From Anaerolineae bacterium (GTDB lineage Bacteria > Chloroflexota > Anaerolineae > B4-G1 > DUEL01): a DNA stretch of 64,000 nucleotides. How positions within the stretch are numbered: the stretch's first letter is position 1; every line of letters begins with the position of its first letter. Made by a program: the position numbers and the translations under genes. Location of the stretch: assembly GCA_041082215.1 (NCBI GenBank), contig JBDOIF010000020.1, positions 1 through 64,000 of the forward strand. The letters are read 5' to 3'. The notes under the pieces are model-generated. The model was not told the origin of the DNA. It saw only the letters and a program-made list of their open reading frames with translations, and searched no databases. Of the stretch, positions 29,967 through 38,250 are shown one piece after another.

Positions 29967-30142
29967 GCGATCTGCCTCAGAAGGATGAAGAGGGCCTGTC
30001 CGGCTGGCGGTTCCGGACAGGAGGAGGGGAAGGGAAGGTTCAACCCTGGTCGCTCCGGTGGGGATCGCAGGTTCAACGACTCCGCCGGGTGCTGCGCCGG
30101 GCCCTGTGGTTCAGCCGCCACACACGGAAAGAAGGGGATTAG
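29963..30142 (+). CDS. small hypothetical protein (59 aa)
   Basis: GTGA overlap, SD AAGGGAG; MSDLPQKDEEGLSGW..QRLRRVLRRALWFSRHTRKEGD. Confidence 0.4.
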   Translation: MSDLPQKDEEGLSGWRFRTGGGEGKVQPWSLRWGSQVQRLRRVLRRALWFSRHTRKEGD

Positions 30143-30150
30143 CAGACACT

Positions 30151-31704
30151 CTACCGGCGCAGCCCCAGAAGCTCAAAGGCAGGCTCCGGCCGCTTCCGCC
30201 CTTTGACCCTGAGAGCCCCCACTGGCCGGGCATCCACTTTCTCCCGCACCATCTGGTATGCCCACTGGGAGAGAAGAGTCTGGCCTGGCTGGGCATGCTC
30301 CTGCAACCGTTGCCCCAGGTTGACCGCGTCCCCCACGACAGTGAAGGACATCATCTGAGCTGTGCCGATGTTGCCCACCACCGCTTCCCCCACACTGATG
30401 CCGACGCCGAACTCCAGGCGGTGTTCAGGGGGCAGGTCGAGATTGGCACGGGCGACATCCTGATGGAGCTTCAGCGCCGACCGCACCGCCCGTAGGGGGA
30501 AGTCCGGCTGGGGAAGGGGGGCGTTGAAGAAGGCCATCACCGCGTCCCCCATAAACTTGTCCAGCGTCCCCTCCTCAGCCAGCACCGCGTCGGCCGCCAC
30601 CGCCAGGTGACGGTTCAGCACTTCCACCAGGGTCTCCGGATCAGTGCGGGCAGAGTAGGTGCTGAAACCACGGATGTCGGCGAAAAGGACCGCCACCAGT
30701 TGGCGGGTGCCGCCCAGAGCCACTTTCTCGGGGCTGGCCAGCAGCCGTTCCACCACGGTGGGGGCAACGTACCGTTCGAAAAGCCCCCGGATGATCTGTT
30801 TTTCCCGTTCCTTGGTCTCCTCCACGGTGCGCAACAGCCGGGCGTTCTCCAGAGCGATGGCCGCATAATCGGCCAGCGCCAGAAGCAGCAGCCGCTCATG
30901 TTCGGTGAGGGGCCGCCCGCTCACCCGGTTGCTCACTCCCAGCACGCCGATCACCCGCCCGCCGACCTTCAGGGGCACAAAAAGCATCGCCCCGCTGTCC
31001 GTCGCGTCCCCTTTCTGGACCGTCTCCATCGCCAGTTCCTGGGCGCTGCGCCGTGCCAGATGGCGTACCTCCCCGGCTACCCTCTGCCGGTACTGCTCCC
31101 GCTCCAGCCGGCCGGTCCTCTCGTCCACGAGCATCAGCATGGCCTCCTCCACGTCCACGACGTAGAAGACGGCATCCAGAATCCGCTCCAGGAGCTGGTC
31201 CCGCGAAAGGAGGGAAGTGACCGACTTTCCCACCCGATAGAGCGTGTCCAGCTCCCGCACCCGGCGGCGCAGTTGCTGATTGGCGATGGCCAGGTTGCGG
31301 GTCAGGGCCTCCTTATCCCGCCGCAGGCGGACCTCGGTGAGGGCGCGGTCTATGGCAGAGGACATCTCCTCGGCGGTGAAGGGTTTGATCAGGTAATCCC
31401 TCACCCCCTTGCGAAAGACCTCGACGGCGATCGCCTCAGAGCCGTGCCCTGTCATCAGGATCACGGGGATGTCCATCCGCTGGGCGCGCAGGCCGTCCAG
31501 AACCTGAAGGCCGTTCATACGGGGCATTTCCACGTCGAGGAGGATCAGGTCGGGGGAGGCGGCCAGCGCCAGCTCCATGCCCTCGGCACCGTTGGAGGCC
31601 TCGATGACGGCAAACCCCCTCCGGCTCATCAGCGCCTGGGCGACGAACTCCCGCAGGGGGTGACTGTCGTCTATCACCAGTACACAGACTTCCTGTTCCT
31701 TCAT
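30151..31704 (-). CDS. class III adenylate/guanylate cyclase, REC-GAF-CYC
   Basis: FADIRGF, DKFMGDAVMA, GDAVNLGQRL. Confidence 0.92.
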   Translation of the reverse strand: MKEQEVCVLVIDDSHPLREFVAQALMSRRGFAVIEASNGAEGMELALAASPDLILLDVEMPRMNGLQVLDGLRAQRMDIPVILMTGHGSEAIAVEVFRKGVRDYLIKPFTAEEMSSAIDRALTEVRLRRDKEALTRNLAIANQQLRRRVRELDTLYRVGKSVTSLLSRDQLLERILDAVFYVVDVEEAMLMLVDERTGRLEREQYRQRVAGEVRHLARRSAQELAMETVQKGDATDSGAMLFVPLKVGGRVIGVLGVSNRVSGRPLTEHERLLLLALADYAAIALENARLLRTVEETKEREKQIIRGLFERYVAPTVVERLLASPEKVALGGTRQLVAVLFADIRGFSTYSARTDPETLVEVLNRHLAVAADAVLAEEGTLDKFMGDAVMAFFNAPLPQPDFPLRAVRSALKLHQDVARANLDLPPEHRLEFGVGISVGEAVVGNIGTAQMMSFTVVGDAVNLGQRLQEHAQPGQTLLSQWAYQMVREKVDARPVGALRVKGRKRPEPAFELLGLRR

Positions 31705-31778
31705 CCCGCCCTCCTTGACGACAGAACAGAGGAGCAAGCCGGAGAGAAGGATTGGACGATGCAGGCCCGATAAACTTT

Positions 31779-31835
31779 ATCATACTCTACCTTGGCTATA
31801 GAGGCAATTACGGAGGGGTTACGGTTCGATGACGG
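31779..31835 (-). promoter_or_regulatory. cyclase promoter with triple 11-bp-period box
   Basis: minus strand: cgtcat/cgtaac/cgtaat then TTGCCT-17-TATGAT. Confidence 0.6.
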
Positions 31836-31876
31836 GCCAGGGACACGGGCCACCTCCGCCTCGAACACCCACGAGG

Positions 31877-32070
31877 GAGGTGTATTTCAGTTTGGGGGCG
31901 AGATGTCCCCCGCCCGGGCCGGAATCCGGGGAAACACGAATGGCGCGAATGGGAACGAATACCGCGAATGGGGCAGGTATCCCCCCTGTTCGCCGTATTC
32001 GAGCCATTCGTGGGATTCGCGATCCACCGGCGGGCGAGGGGACCACTCGCCCCGAAATTGAAATACGCCC
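31877..32070 (-). mobile_element. ~190-bp MITE-like element, copy 2
   Basis: TIRs AGGTGTATTTCAGTTTGGGGGCGAG / CTCGCCCCGAAATTGAAATACGCCC; CACGAGGG repeated on both flanks. Confidence 0.85.
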
Positions 32071-32085
32071 CACGAGGGCGATGGC

Positions 32086-32133
32086 TTGACAGAGAAGAAA
32101 AGACGTGGTAAAATCATACCGACCGGTCGGTAT
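32086..32133 (+). promoter_or_regulatory. tetR promoter and operator
   Basis: TTGACA-17-TAAAAT followed by perfect 18-bp palindrome ATACCGACCGGTCGGTAT (32116-32133). Confidence 0.85.
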
Positions 32134-32156
32134 CGAAATTAAAAAGGAGGAAGAGG

Positions 32157-32753
32157 ATGCCCCCCTATCAAAGAGGTGAGGAGACCCGGGCCCGGATCCT
32201 GCGGGCGGCGGAGGCGTGCTTTGCCCGCAACGGCTACGACGCCACCGGCGTGGCCGAAATCTGCCGCCAGGCTGGCGTCACCAAAGGGGCCTTTTACCAC
32301 CACTTCCCCAGCAAGCAGGCGGTCTTCCTGGAGCTGCTGGAACAGTGGCTGGCGGAGCTGGACGGGCAGGTAGCGGCCATCCGCGCCGGGGCAGAGACAG
32401 TCCCGGAGGGGCTGATCCAGATGGCCGGGATGTTCCGCATGATCTTCCGCGAGGCCAGCGGCCGCCTGCCGATCTTCCTGGAGTTCTGGAACAGAGCCGC
32501 CCGCGACCCGGCCGTCTGGCAGGCCACCATCGCCCCCTACCGCCGCTATCGGGCCTTCTTCACCGGCATCGTCGAGGCCGGCATCGCCGATGGCTCCCTC
32601 CGTTCTGTGGACCCGGAGATCGCTGCGGGCGTCCTTGTCTCCCTGGCCGTCGGCCTGATCATGCAGGGGCTGATGGACCCCCACGGAGCCGATTGGGGAC
32701 GGGTCGCTCAGGAAGGTGTGCGCATCCTCCTGGAGGGATTGAAAAACCCGTAG
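32157..32753 (+). CDS. TetR/AcrR family regulator
   Basis: ICRQAGVTKGAFYHHFPSK HTH. Confidence 0.93.
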   Translation: MPPYQRGEETRARILRAAEACFARNGYDATGVAEICRQAGVTKGAFYHHFPSKQAVFLELLEQWLAELDGQVAAIRAGAETVPEGLIQMAGMFRMIFREASGRLPIFLEFWNRAARDPAVWQATIAPYRRYRAFFTGIVEAGIADGSLRSVDPEIAAGVLVSLAVGLIMQGLMDPHGADWGRVAQEGVRILLEGLKNP

Positions 32754-32775
32754 CGCAGGATTGAATTTGCGCTAC
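32750..32775 (+). repeat. GTAG-type REP
   Basis: gtagcgcagga-ttga-atttgcgctac; related copy at 34688-34711. Confidence 0.6.
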
Positions 32776-32867
32776 GGAGCATATTCGGACCGGAGCCACA
32801 GAGTGCGTAGAGATCCCTCGTCGTTCCTCTGTGCCCTCTGTGTCTCTGTGGTGAGAAAGGAGTAAAG

Positions 32868-34661
32868 ATGAGAGTGCTGGTAACTGGAGCCTTTGGAAAC
32901 GTGGGCACAAGCACTGTGGAGGCACTGATTGAGCAGGGCCATCATGTCCGCTGCTTCGACCTGAAGACGCGGGCGAACGAGCGGGCGGCCCGGAAACTGC
33001 GACAGCGGTATGGGGACCGGGTGGAGGTGGTCTGGGGGGACCTGCGCCGCCGGGAGGACCTGGAGGCGGCGGTGGAGGGCCAGGATGTGGTGATCCACCT
33101 GGCCTTCATCATCCCCAAGCTCTCCGCCACCGGCATCGAGTCGGAGGCCCGGCCCGACTGGGCGCGGGAGATCAACGTAGGGGGCACACGGAACCTTATC
33201 GCCGCGATGAAGGGGCAACCGCATCCTCCCCGCCTGATCTTCGCTTCCTCCTACCATATCTTCGGACGGACCCAGGACCAGCCCCCACCCCGCACCGTCG
33301 CCGACCCTGTCCAGCCCATCGAGCACTACTCCCGCCACAAGGTGGAGTGCGAGGAGATGATCAGGGCCTCCGGCCTGGAATGGGCCATCCTCCGGCTTGC
33401 GGCGACGTTGCCGCTGGCGCTCAAGCTGGACCGGGCGATGTTCGATATACCGCCGGACAACCGGATGGAGTTCTCCCACACGCGGGATGTGGGGCTGGCC
33501 TTCGCCAACGCCGTCAGCAGCCAGGAGGTGTGGGGCAAGGTGTTGCTCATCGGCGGCGGCCCCCGCTGCCAGCTCCACTACCGGGAGATCGTAGGGCGCG
33601 TCCTGGAGGCGCTGGGGATCGGAATGCTGCCGGAGGAGGCTTTCAGCACCGTCCCCTTCCCCACCGATTGGGTGGACACGAGCGAGAGCCAGCGGATCCT
33701 GCGCTACCAGCAGCGGGACTTCGACGACTATGTGCGGGAGATGGCGGCGCTGATGGGGATCCGGCGATACCTGACGCGGCTGTTCCGCCCCCTGGTCCGC
33801 CGATGGCTGCTGAACCGCTCGCCCTACTACCGGGAGCGACGGGCGCTGGCACAGTGGCGGGGGCAGGTGGCGATGGTGACCGGCGCCTCCAGCGGCATCG
33901 GCGCAGAAACTGCCCGACTGCTGGCCCGTAAGGGGCTGCGGGTTGCCCTGGTGGCAAGGCGGAGGGAACGGCTGGAACGGCTGGCCGCCGAGATCCGGGA
34001 TGCAGGCGGCGAGGCGATAGTCGTCGTCGCCGATCTGGCCGACGAGCGGGAGCGGGTCAGGGCCTTCGAGGCAGTGCGCGCGGCCTGTGGCGGAGTGGAC
34101 CTGGTGGTCAACAGTGCTGGCTTGGGCTGGTACGGCTTCGGCGCCGATATGCCCTGGTCACTGGCCCAGCAGATGGTCCAGGTCAATGTTTCTGCCGTCG
34201 TCCATCTGACGCTGCTGGCCCTTTCGGAAATGAAGGCCCGGGGTCGGGGGCACGTCATCAACATCGGTTCGGTGGCGGGTAGCCTGCCCAGCCAGGGAGT
34301 GGCCCTCTACAGCGCCACCAAATCTTTCCTGGACGCCTTCACCACCGGCCTCCACCGGGAGCTGCGGGGGACGGGCGTCCACGTGAGCGTGGTCCGCTCC
34401 GGGCCGGTCGCCACCGAATTCTACGAGGTGGCCGCCAAACAGAAGAGCGGGCTGCCGGTCCCGGCGGAGCGGCTGGCGGTGAAGCCGACCGCTGTGGCCA
34501 ACTGCATCTGGAGCCTGCTCAAGCGGCCCCGCCGGATCGCTTACGTCCCCCGGTGGCTCTCCTTCGTCCCGTGGGTGGAGCCCTCCCTGGGCTGGCTGCT
34601 GGACCTCATCGGTGCGCCGCTGCTGCGACGGCAGTTGGAGCCAGCCCGCCGGACCGGATAG
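32868..34661 (+). CDS. fused extended-SDR (epimerase-like) plus classical SDR oxidoreductase
   Basis: TGAFGNVG/YSRHK and TGASSGIG/NSAG/YSATK. Confidence 0.9.
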   Translation: MRVLVTGAFGNVGTSTVEALIEQGHHVRCFDLKTRANERAARKLRQRYGDRVEVVWGDLRRREDLEAAVEGQDVVIHLAFIIPKLSATGIESEARPDWAREINVGGTRNLIAAMKGQPHPPRLIFASSYHIFGRTQDQPPPRTVADPVQPIEHYSRHKVECEEMIRASGLEWAILRLAATLPLALKLDRAMFDIPPDNRMEFSHTRDVGLAFANAVSSQEVWGKVLLIGGGPRCQLHYREIVGRVLEALGIGMLPEEAFSTVPFPTDWVDTSESQRILRYQQRDFDDYVREMAALMGIRRYLTRLFRPLVRRWLLNRSPYYRERRALAQWRGQVAMVTGASSGIGAETARLLARKGLRVALVARRRERLERLAAEIRDAGGEAIVVVADLADERERVRAFEAVRAACGGVDLVVNSAGLGWYGFGADMPWSLAQQMVQVNVSAVVHLTLLALSEMKARGRGHVINIGSVAGSLPSQGVALYSATKSFLDAFTTGLHRELRGTGVHVSVVRSGPVATEFYEVAAKQKSGLPVPAERLAVKPTAVANCIWSLLKRPRRIAYVPRWLSFVPWVEPSLGWLLDLIGAPLLRRQLEPARRTG

Positions 34662-34707
34662 GTACGGGGCACCTGCACTACAGGTTAGCAGCGCAGATTA
34701 ATTTGCG

Positions 34708-36189
34708 CTACATCCCGGCCAGCCAGCGGGCGGCAGCTTCGTGGGCCAGGGCACGGAAGTGACCCCACCCGGCCCACGCCGGCGGCACCCCCCGCAGCTC
34801 ATCCGCCACCCGGGGGAGGTCCTCCGGAGGGACCCAGCGGAAGCCGGTGATGCGTTCGGCATGATCGTTGACCGCTGGCTCTCCTTCCACCTCCCCCAGC
34901 ACCAGCCACGAGTGGAAGAAGACCCGCCGCCCATCCTCCCGCAGGCGATAGGTCAGCAGGCCCAGGGGACGGAGGTCTCGGGGAGAGAGGCCTGTCTCCT
35001 CCTCCGTCTCCCGGCGGGCTGCTTCCATCACCCCTTCCCGGAGGCGGATGCCGCCGGTAGGCAGGCGGAAGAGTCCGGTGGAGTAGAAGGCCTTGGTGTG
35101 GAGGAGCAGGTTGCCGTCAGCGCGGCGCAGGAGCAGGACCACCTCCCCGGCCCGGTTTCTGAGCCGCACCTGCCGGGTAACTTCTTTGAAGAACCGGCGG
35201 CCCACCGAGCTGGAATAATGAAGATGGGGAAGGGGGCCGAAACGAGCCTCCACCGCCGCCCGCTGCCGGCGACAGGCCCCGGCGACGGTAGCAGGTCGGC
35301 GGGATGCGGTCCAGAGGGGGATAAGGCTGAGAAGGAGGACAGCCGTCGCCAGCAACCCCCCTTCCGGCCCGAAGCTCCCGCCGGTCCACAGGGCCGGCCC
35401 GCCGGTCCCTAAAGACAACAGCCCTGCCCAGCTCACCCCGCTCACCGGCATCCCCAGGAGCGGCCCCTGGGCCAGGTTCCAGGCGAAATGGTAGCCGACC
35501 GCGAGCCAGAGTGTGCCAGTCCGTTCCACTGCCAGGGCGAAGACCGCCCCCGCCAGACCGATATTGACGAGAGCCAGCCAGGTGAGGTGGGGATTGAGGG
35601 CGTGGAAGAGGGCGAAAAGCAGGGAAGTGACCACCACGCCAACGGCGGGGCCGCGCCAGGTGGTAAGGGCGCGGAGGAGATAGCCGCGAAAAGCCACCTC
35701 TTCTGCTGCGGCAAGGGGGAGAAGAGCGAGGGCGTCCAGCACGAAAGCGGCGAGGGACCCCTCGCCCGGCCTCAGGGCGGCCCAGCCCACAGCAAGCCGG
35801 ACCCCGCTGATGGCTATCATCGTCCCCACCCCCAGGCCGATCCCTACCCCCAAATCCTGTCCCCCTCTGGCCGGGTCCAGTCCCATCGTCTCCACCGGCT
35901 CCCGGTCCAGAAAGCGGCCCAGGAGGAGGGCCAGCCCCAGGGCAGCACCCAGACGTGTAAGCCCTGTAGCCAGGAGGAAGAGGGAGGGAAGCTGGCCGGA
36001 TGTCATCCTGTTCAGAGCCTCCATCGGCGGGTGGCCGGTAAGAAGGAGCATGGCAACGTAAGCCAGCGCGATCAACAGGTCGAAAGCCAGCTCCGCCGCC
36101 AGCAGCCCGATCAGGTAGAGAAGCACCCGCCACAGAGGGTGGAGGCGGTCTCCCAGAAGAAAGAGACGTTGCCATCCTTTTCGTCGCAT
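34708..36189 (-). CDS. CPBP (CAAX/Abi) intramembrane protease fused to NUDIX hydrolase
   Basis: EEVAFR, FALFH, HFAWN; Nudix box GGIRLREGVMEAARRETEEETGL. Confidence 0.85.
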   Translation of the reverse strand: MRRKGWQRLFLLGDRLHPLWRVLLYLIGLLAAELAFDLLIALAYVAMLLLTGHPPMEALNRMTSGQLPSLFLLATGLTRLGAALGLALLLGRFLDREPVETMGLDPARGGQDLGVGIGLGVGTMIAISGVRLAVGWAALRPGEGSLAAFVLDALALLPLAAAEEVAFRGYLLRALTTWRGPAVGVVVTSLLFALFHALNPHLTWLALVNIGLAGAVFALAVERTGTLWLAVGYHFAWNLAQGPLLGMPVSGVSWAGLLSLGTGGPALWTGGSFGPEGGLLATAVLLLSLIPLWTASRRPATVAGACRRQRAAVEARFGPLPHLHYSSSVGRRFFKEVTRQVRLRNRAGEVVLLLRRADGNLLLHTKAFYSTGLFRLPTGGIRLREGVMEAARRETEEETGLSPRDLRPLGLLTYRLREDGRRVFFHSWLVLGEVEGEPAVNDHAERITGFRWVPPEDLPRVADELRGVPPAWAGWGHFRALAHEAAARWLAGM

Positions 36190-36417
36190 AAGGGCCCCTT
36201 CAGTTCAGATAGGATGATCGGCACGACATGTGGTTTGTATCACAGAGAGAGAGAGGTGTCAAACGTCGCAGCTCAGGGGAGGGATACGCCGATTGACGCT
36301 CCCCTGCCGCTGTGCTATACTGTTTTTCATCAAGACAGAGAGGTGCGAAGACTTTTCACACTTTACCGCCGAGGCGCAGAGGGTGCGGAGGTTTCCGGGT
36401 CTGAAAAAGGAGGAGAG

Positions 36418-37548
36418 ATGCACAGGGATCGTGGATCGGCACGGGGTTGGGCGTTTGCTGGTGGAGCACTGCTTCTGGCTGCACTGGCCTGTAGCTTCCC
36501 CGTCAGAAGGGCTCCCACTCCTACCATCTCTCTGGAGGCAGCCGAAGGGATAACCCCTTCGGTCCCCTCAGGAACTCCGCAGACGGTGACGCCGGCGGTA
36601 GAGGTCACCACTGAAGCGGGCTGCACCCTGAACGGAGCCTACGTGGCCGATGTAACGGTGCCGGATAACACCCCATTCCCGCCAGGCGAAGCCTTTGTCA
36701 AGACCTGGCGGCTGCGCAACACGGGCACGTGTGCCTGGGAGGCGGGGACTGCGCTCGTCTTCATCTCTGGCAGCTCGATGGGTGGGCCAACGGCGGTGCC
36801 GGTAGCGGCGGCAGCGCCTGGCACCACCACCGACGTCAGCGTGAACCTGGTCGCCCCTCCGGCCCCTGGCACCTACAGGGGGAACTGGCAACTTCAGGCC
36901 CCCGACGGCACCCGCTTCGGGTCGGTCGTCTACGTGCAGATCGTAGTGGTGGAGCCGGTCACCGAGACCCCCACATCCACTTCCACCCCTACCCGCACCC
37001 CCACCCCAGGCTTCTGTGTGGGGCCAGACCCTATCCTGGGGCCGATCTTCACCTACGCTGGATCCCAGGGGCTGAACCTGGGCTGCCCCACCGGTGCGGC
37101 GTTCTCTGTCTACGGGGCCTTCCAGGAGTTCTGGGCCAATGTGGACAATCCCAACCCTCACCTGCACTTCCGCAGCCTGATGATCTGGCGTGGGGACGAA
37201 AGGGAGATTTACGTCCTGGACGGTGAGGATACCGATGCCTCCAGGGGGAATTTTCTGGCCTACACCGACTTCTGGGAAGAGGGTATGCCCGAGGTGCACC
37301 CGGATTGTGCCGGGACAGCCCCGCCAGCGGGCTACCAGCTCCCTATCCGGGGCTTCGGCAAGGTCTGGTGTGAGAACAGGCTCTGGGAGTGGGTGGGCTG
37401 GCCCGCCGAACATGAGACGGAAGCTACCCTCCTGATCCAGCCGACGGAGTATGGGCTGCTGATGCGGGCGACCACGACCCACGTCGGTTACCTTCTGGCC
37501 CTGGACTATCGGGCGATGCGGGGAGTCACGACCATGGTTGCCCCGTAG
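36418..37548 (+). CDS. lipoprotein with NBR1-Ig-like domain
   Basis: lipobox ALAC; DVTVPDNT..FVKTWRLRNTGTCAW; promoter TTGACG-17-TATACT at 36293. Confidence 0.8.
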   Translation: MHRDRGSARGWAFAGGALLLAALACSFPVRRAPTPTISLEAAEGITPSVPSGTPQTVTPAVEVTTEAGCTLNGAYVADVTVPDNTPFPPGEAFVKTWRLRNTGTCAWEAGTALVFISGSSMGGPTAVPVAAAAPGTTTDVSVNLVAPPAPGTYRGNWQLQAPDGTRFGSVVYVQIVVVEPVTETPTSTSTPTRTPTPGFCVGPDPILGPIFTYAGSQGLNLGCPTGAAFSVYGAFQEFWANVDNPNPHLHFRSLMIWRGDEREIYVLDGEDTDASRGNFLAYTDFWEEGMPEVHPDCAGTAPPAGYQLPIRGFGKVWCENRLWEWVGWPAEHETEATLLIQPTEYGLLMRATTTHVGYLLALDYRAMRGVTTMVAP

Positions 37549-37561
37549 TACGTACTGCCAT

Positions 37562-38026
37562 ATGCCCCTACTGATTGATGGCCACAACCTGATCGGTCGC
37601 CTGGCCGATCTGAGCCTGGAGGACCCGGAGGACGAGGCGAGGCTGGTGGAGCGGGTGCGGCGGTACTGCTGGCGTCACCGCTGTCAGGCAATCGTCGTAT
37701 TCGATGCTGGCCTCCCTGGCGGCCCCGCCCCCCACCTCTCGGGCGGGTCGGTCCGGGTGGTGTTCGCCTCACCCGGCACCACCGCCGATGCTCTCATTCG
37801 GCACCACATCCGCCAGACGCGCGACCCCCGGGGCCTCATTGTCGTCTCCTCGGATCGGGCAGTACAGGAGGCAGCCCGCTCGCGAGGGGCGCGGGCCGTC
37901 CCGGCGGAGCAGTTTGCGGCGGAACTGGCTCCCCCCAGGCCGACGGAAGAGCCACCGGAAAAGCCCGGCTCCGTCGGCGACGTCGAGGAGTGGCTGCGGC
38001 TGTTCGAGAAAGGCGGAACTCCGTGA
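37562..38026 (+). CDS. YacP-like NYN domain ribonuclease
   Basis: LIDGHN, VVFD, TADALI, VVSSD. Confidence 0.85.
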   Translation: MPLLIDGHNLIGRLADLSLEDPEDEARLVERVRRYCWRHRCQAIVVFDAGLPGGPAPHLSGGSVRVVFASPGTTADALIRHHIRQTRDPRGLIVVSSDRAVQEAARSRGARAVPAEQFAAELAPPRPTEEPPEKPGSVGDVEEWLRLFEKGGTP

Positions 38027-38034
38027 AAATCGGC

Positions 38035-38063
38035 TTGCCCTTTACCGCCGGGTGTGGTATAAT
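38035..38063 (+). promoter_or_regulatory. aspS promoter
   Basis: TTGCCC-17-TATAAT with extended TG. Confidence 0.8.
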
Positions 38064-38080
38064 TTTATTTGAGGTTTGAA

Positions 38081-38167
38081 ATGCGTAGCTACGCCTGGGC
38101 CTGCGACCAGCAGAATAACCGGGCCGTCCCCCCCGTGGGGCGGCAGCGGTCGCTGCCGCGTGGCTAG
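38081..38167 (+). CDS. putative leader peptide (28 aa, DQQNN)
   Basis: SD GAGGT; MRSYAWACDQQNNRAVPPVGRQRSLPRG*. Confidence 0.5.
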   Translation: MRSYAWACDQQNNRAVPPVGRQRSLPRG

Positions 38168-38187
38168 CAGATAACACGGTAAGACCA

Positions 38188-38218
38188 GGCCGCCCCACTA
38201 AGGGGCGGCTTATTCTTT
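38188..38218 (+). terminator. attenuator terminator upstream of aspS
   Basis: GCCGCCCC-actaa-GGGGCGGC-TTATTCTTT. Confidence 0.75.
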
Positions 38219-38250
38219 AACTACATCCCGTTCGATGAGGAGGCTGCAAG

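Noticed and set aside
38070..38220. T-box riboswitch or 6S RNA upstream of aspS
   Set aside because: No T-box consensus (GGTGGxACCGCG) seen; region short and not an obvious 6S rod
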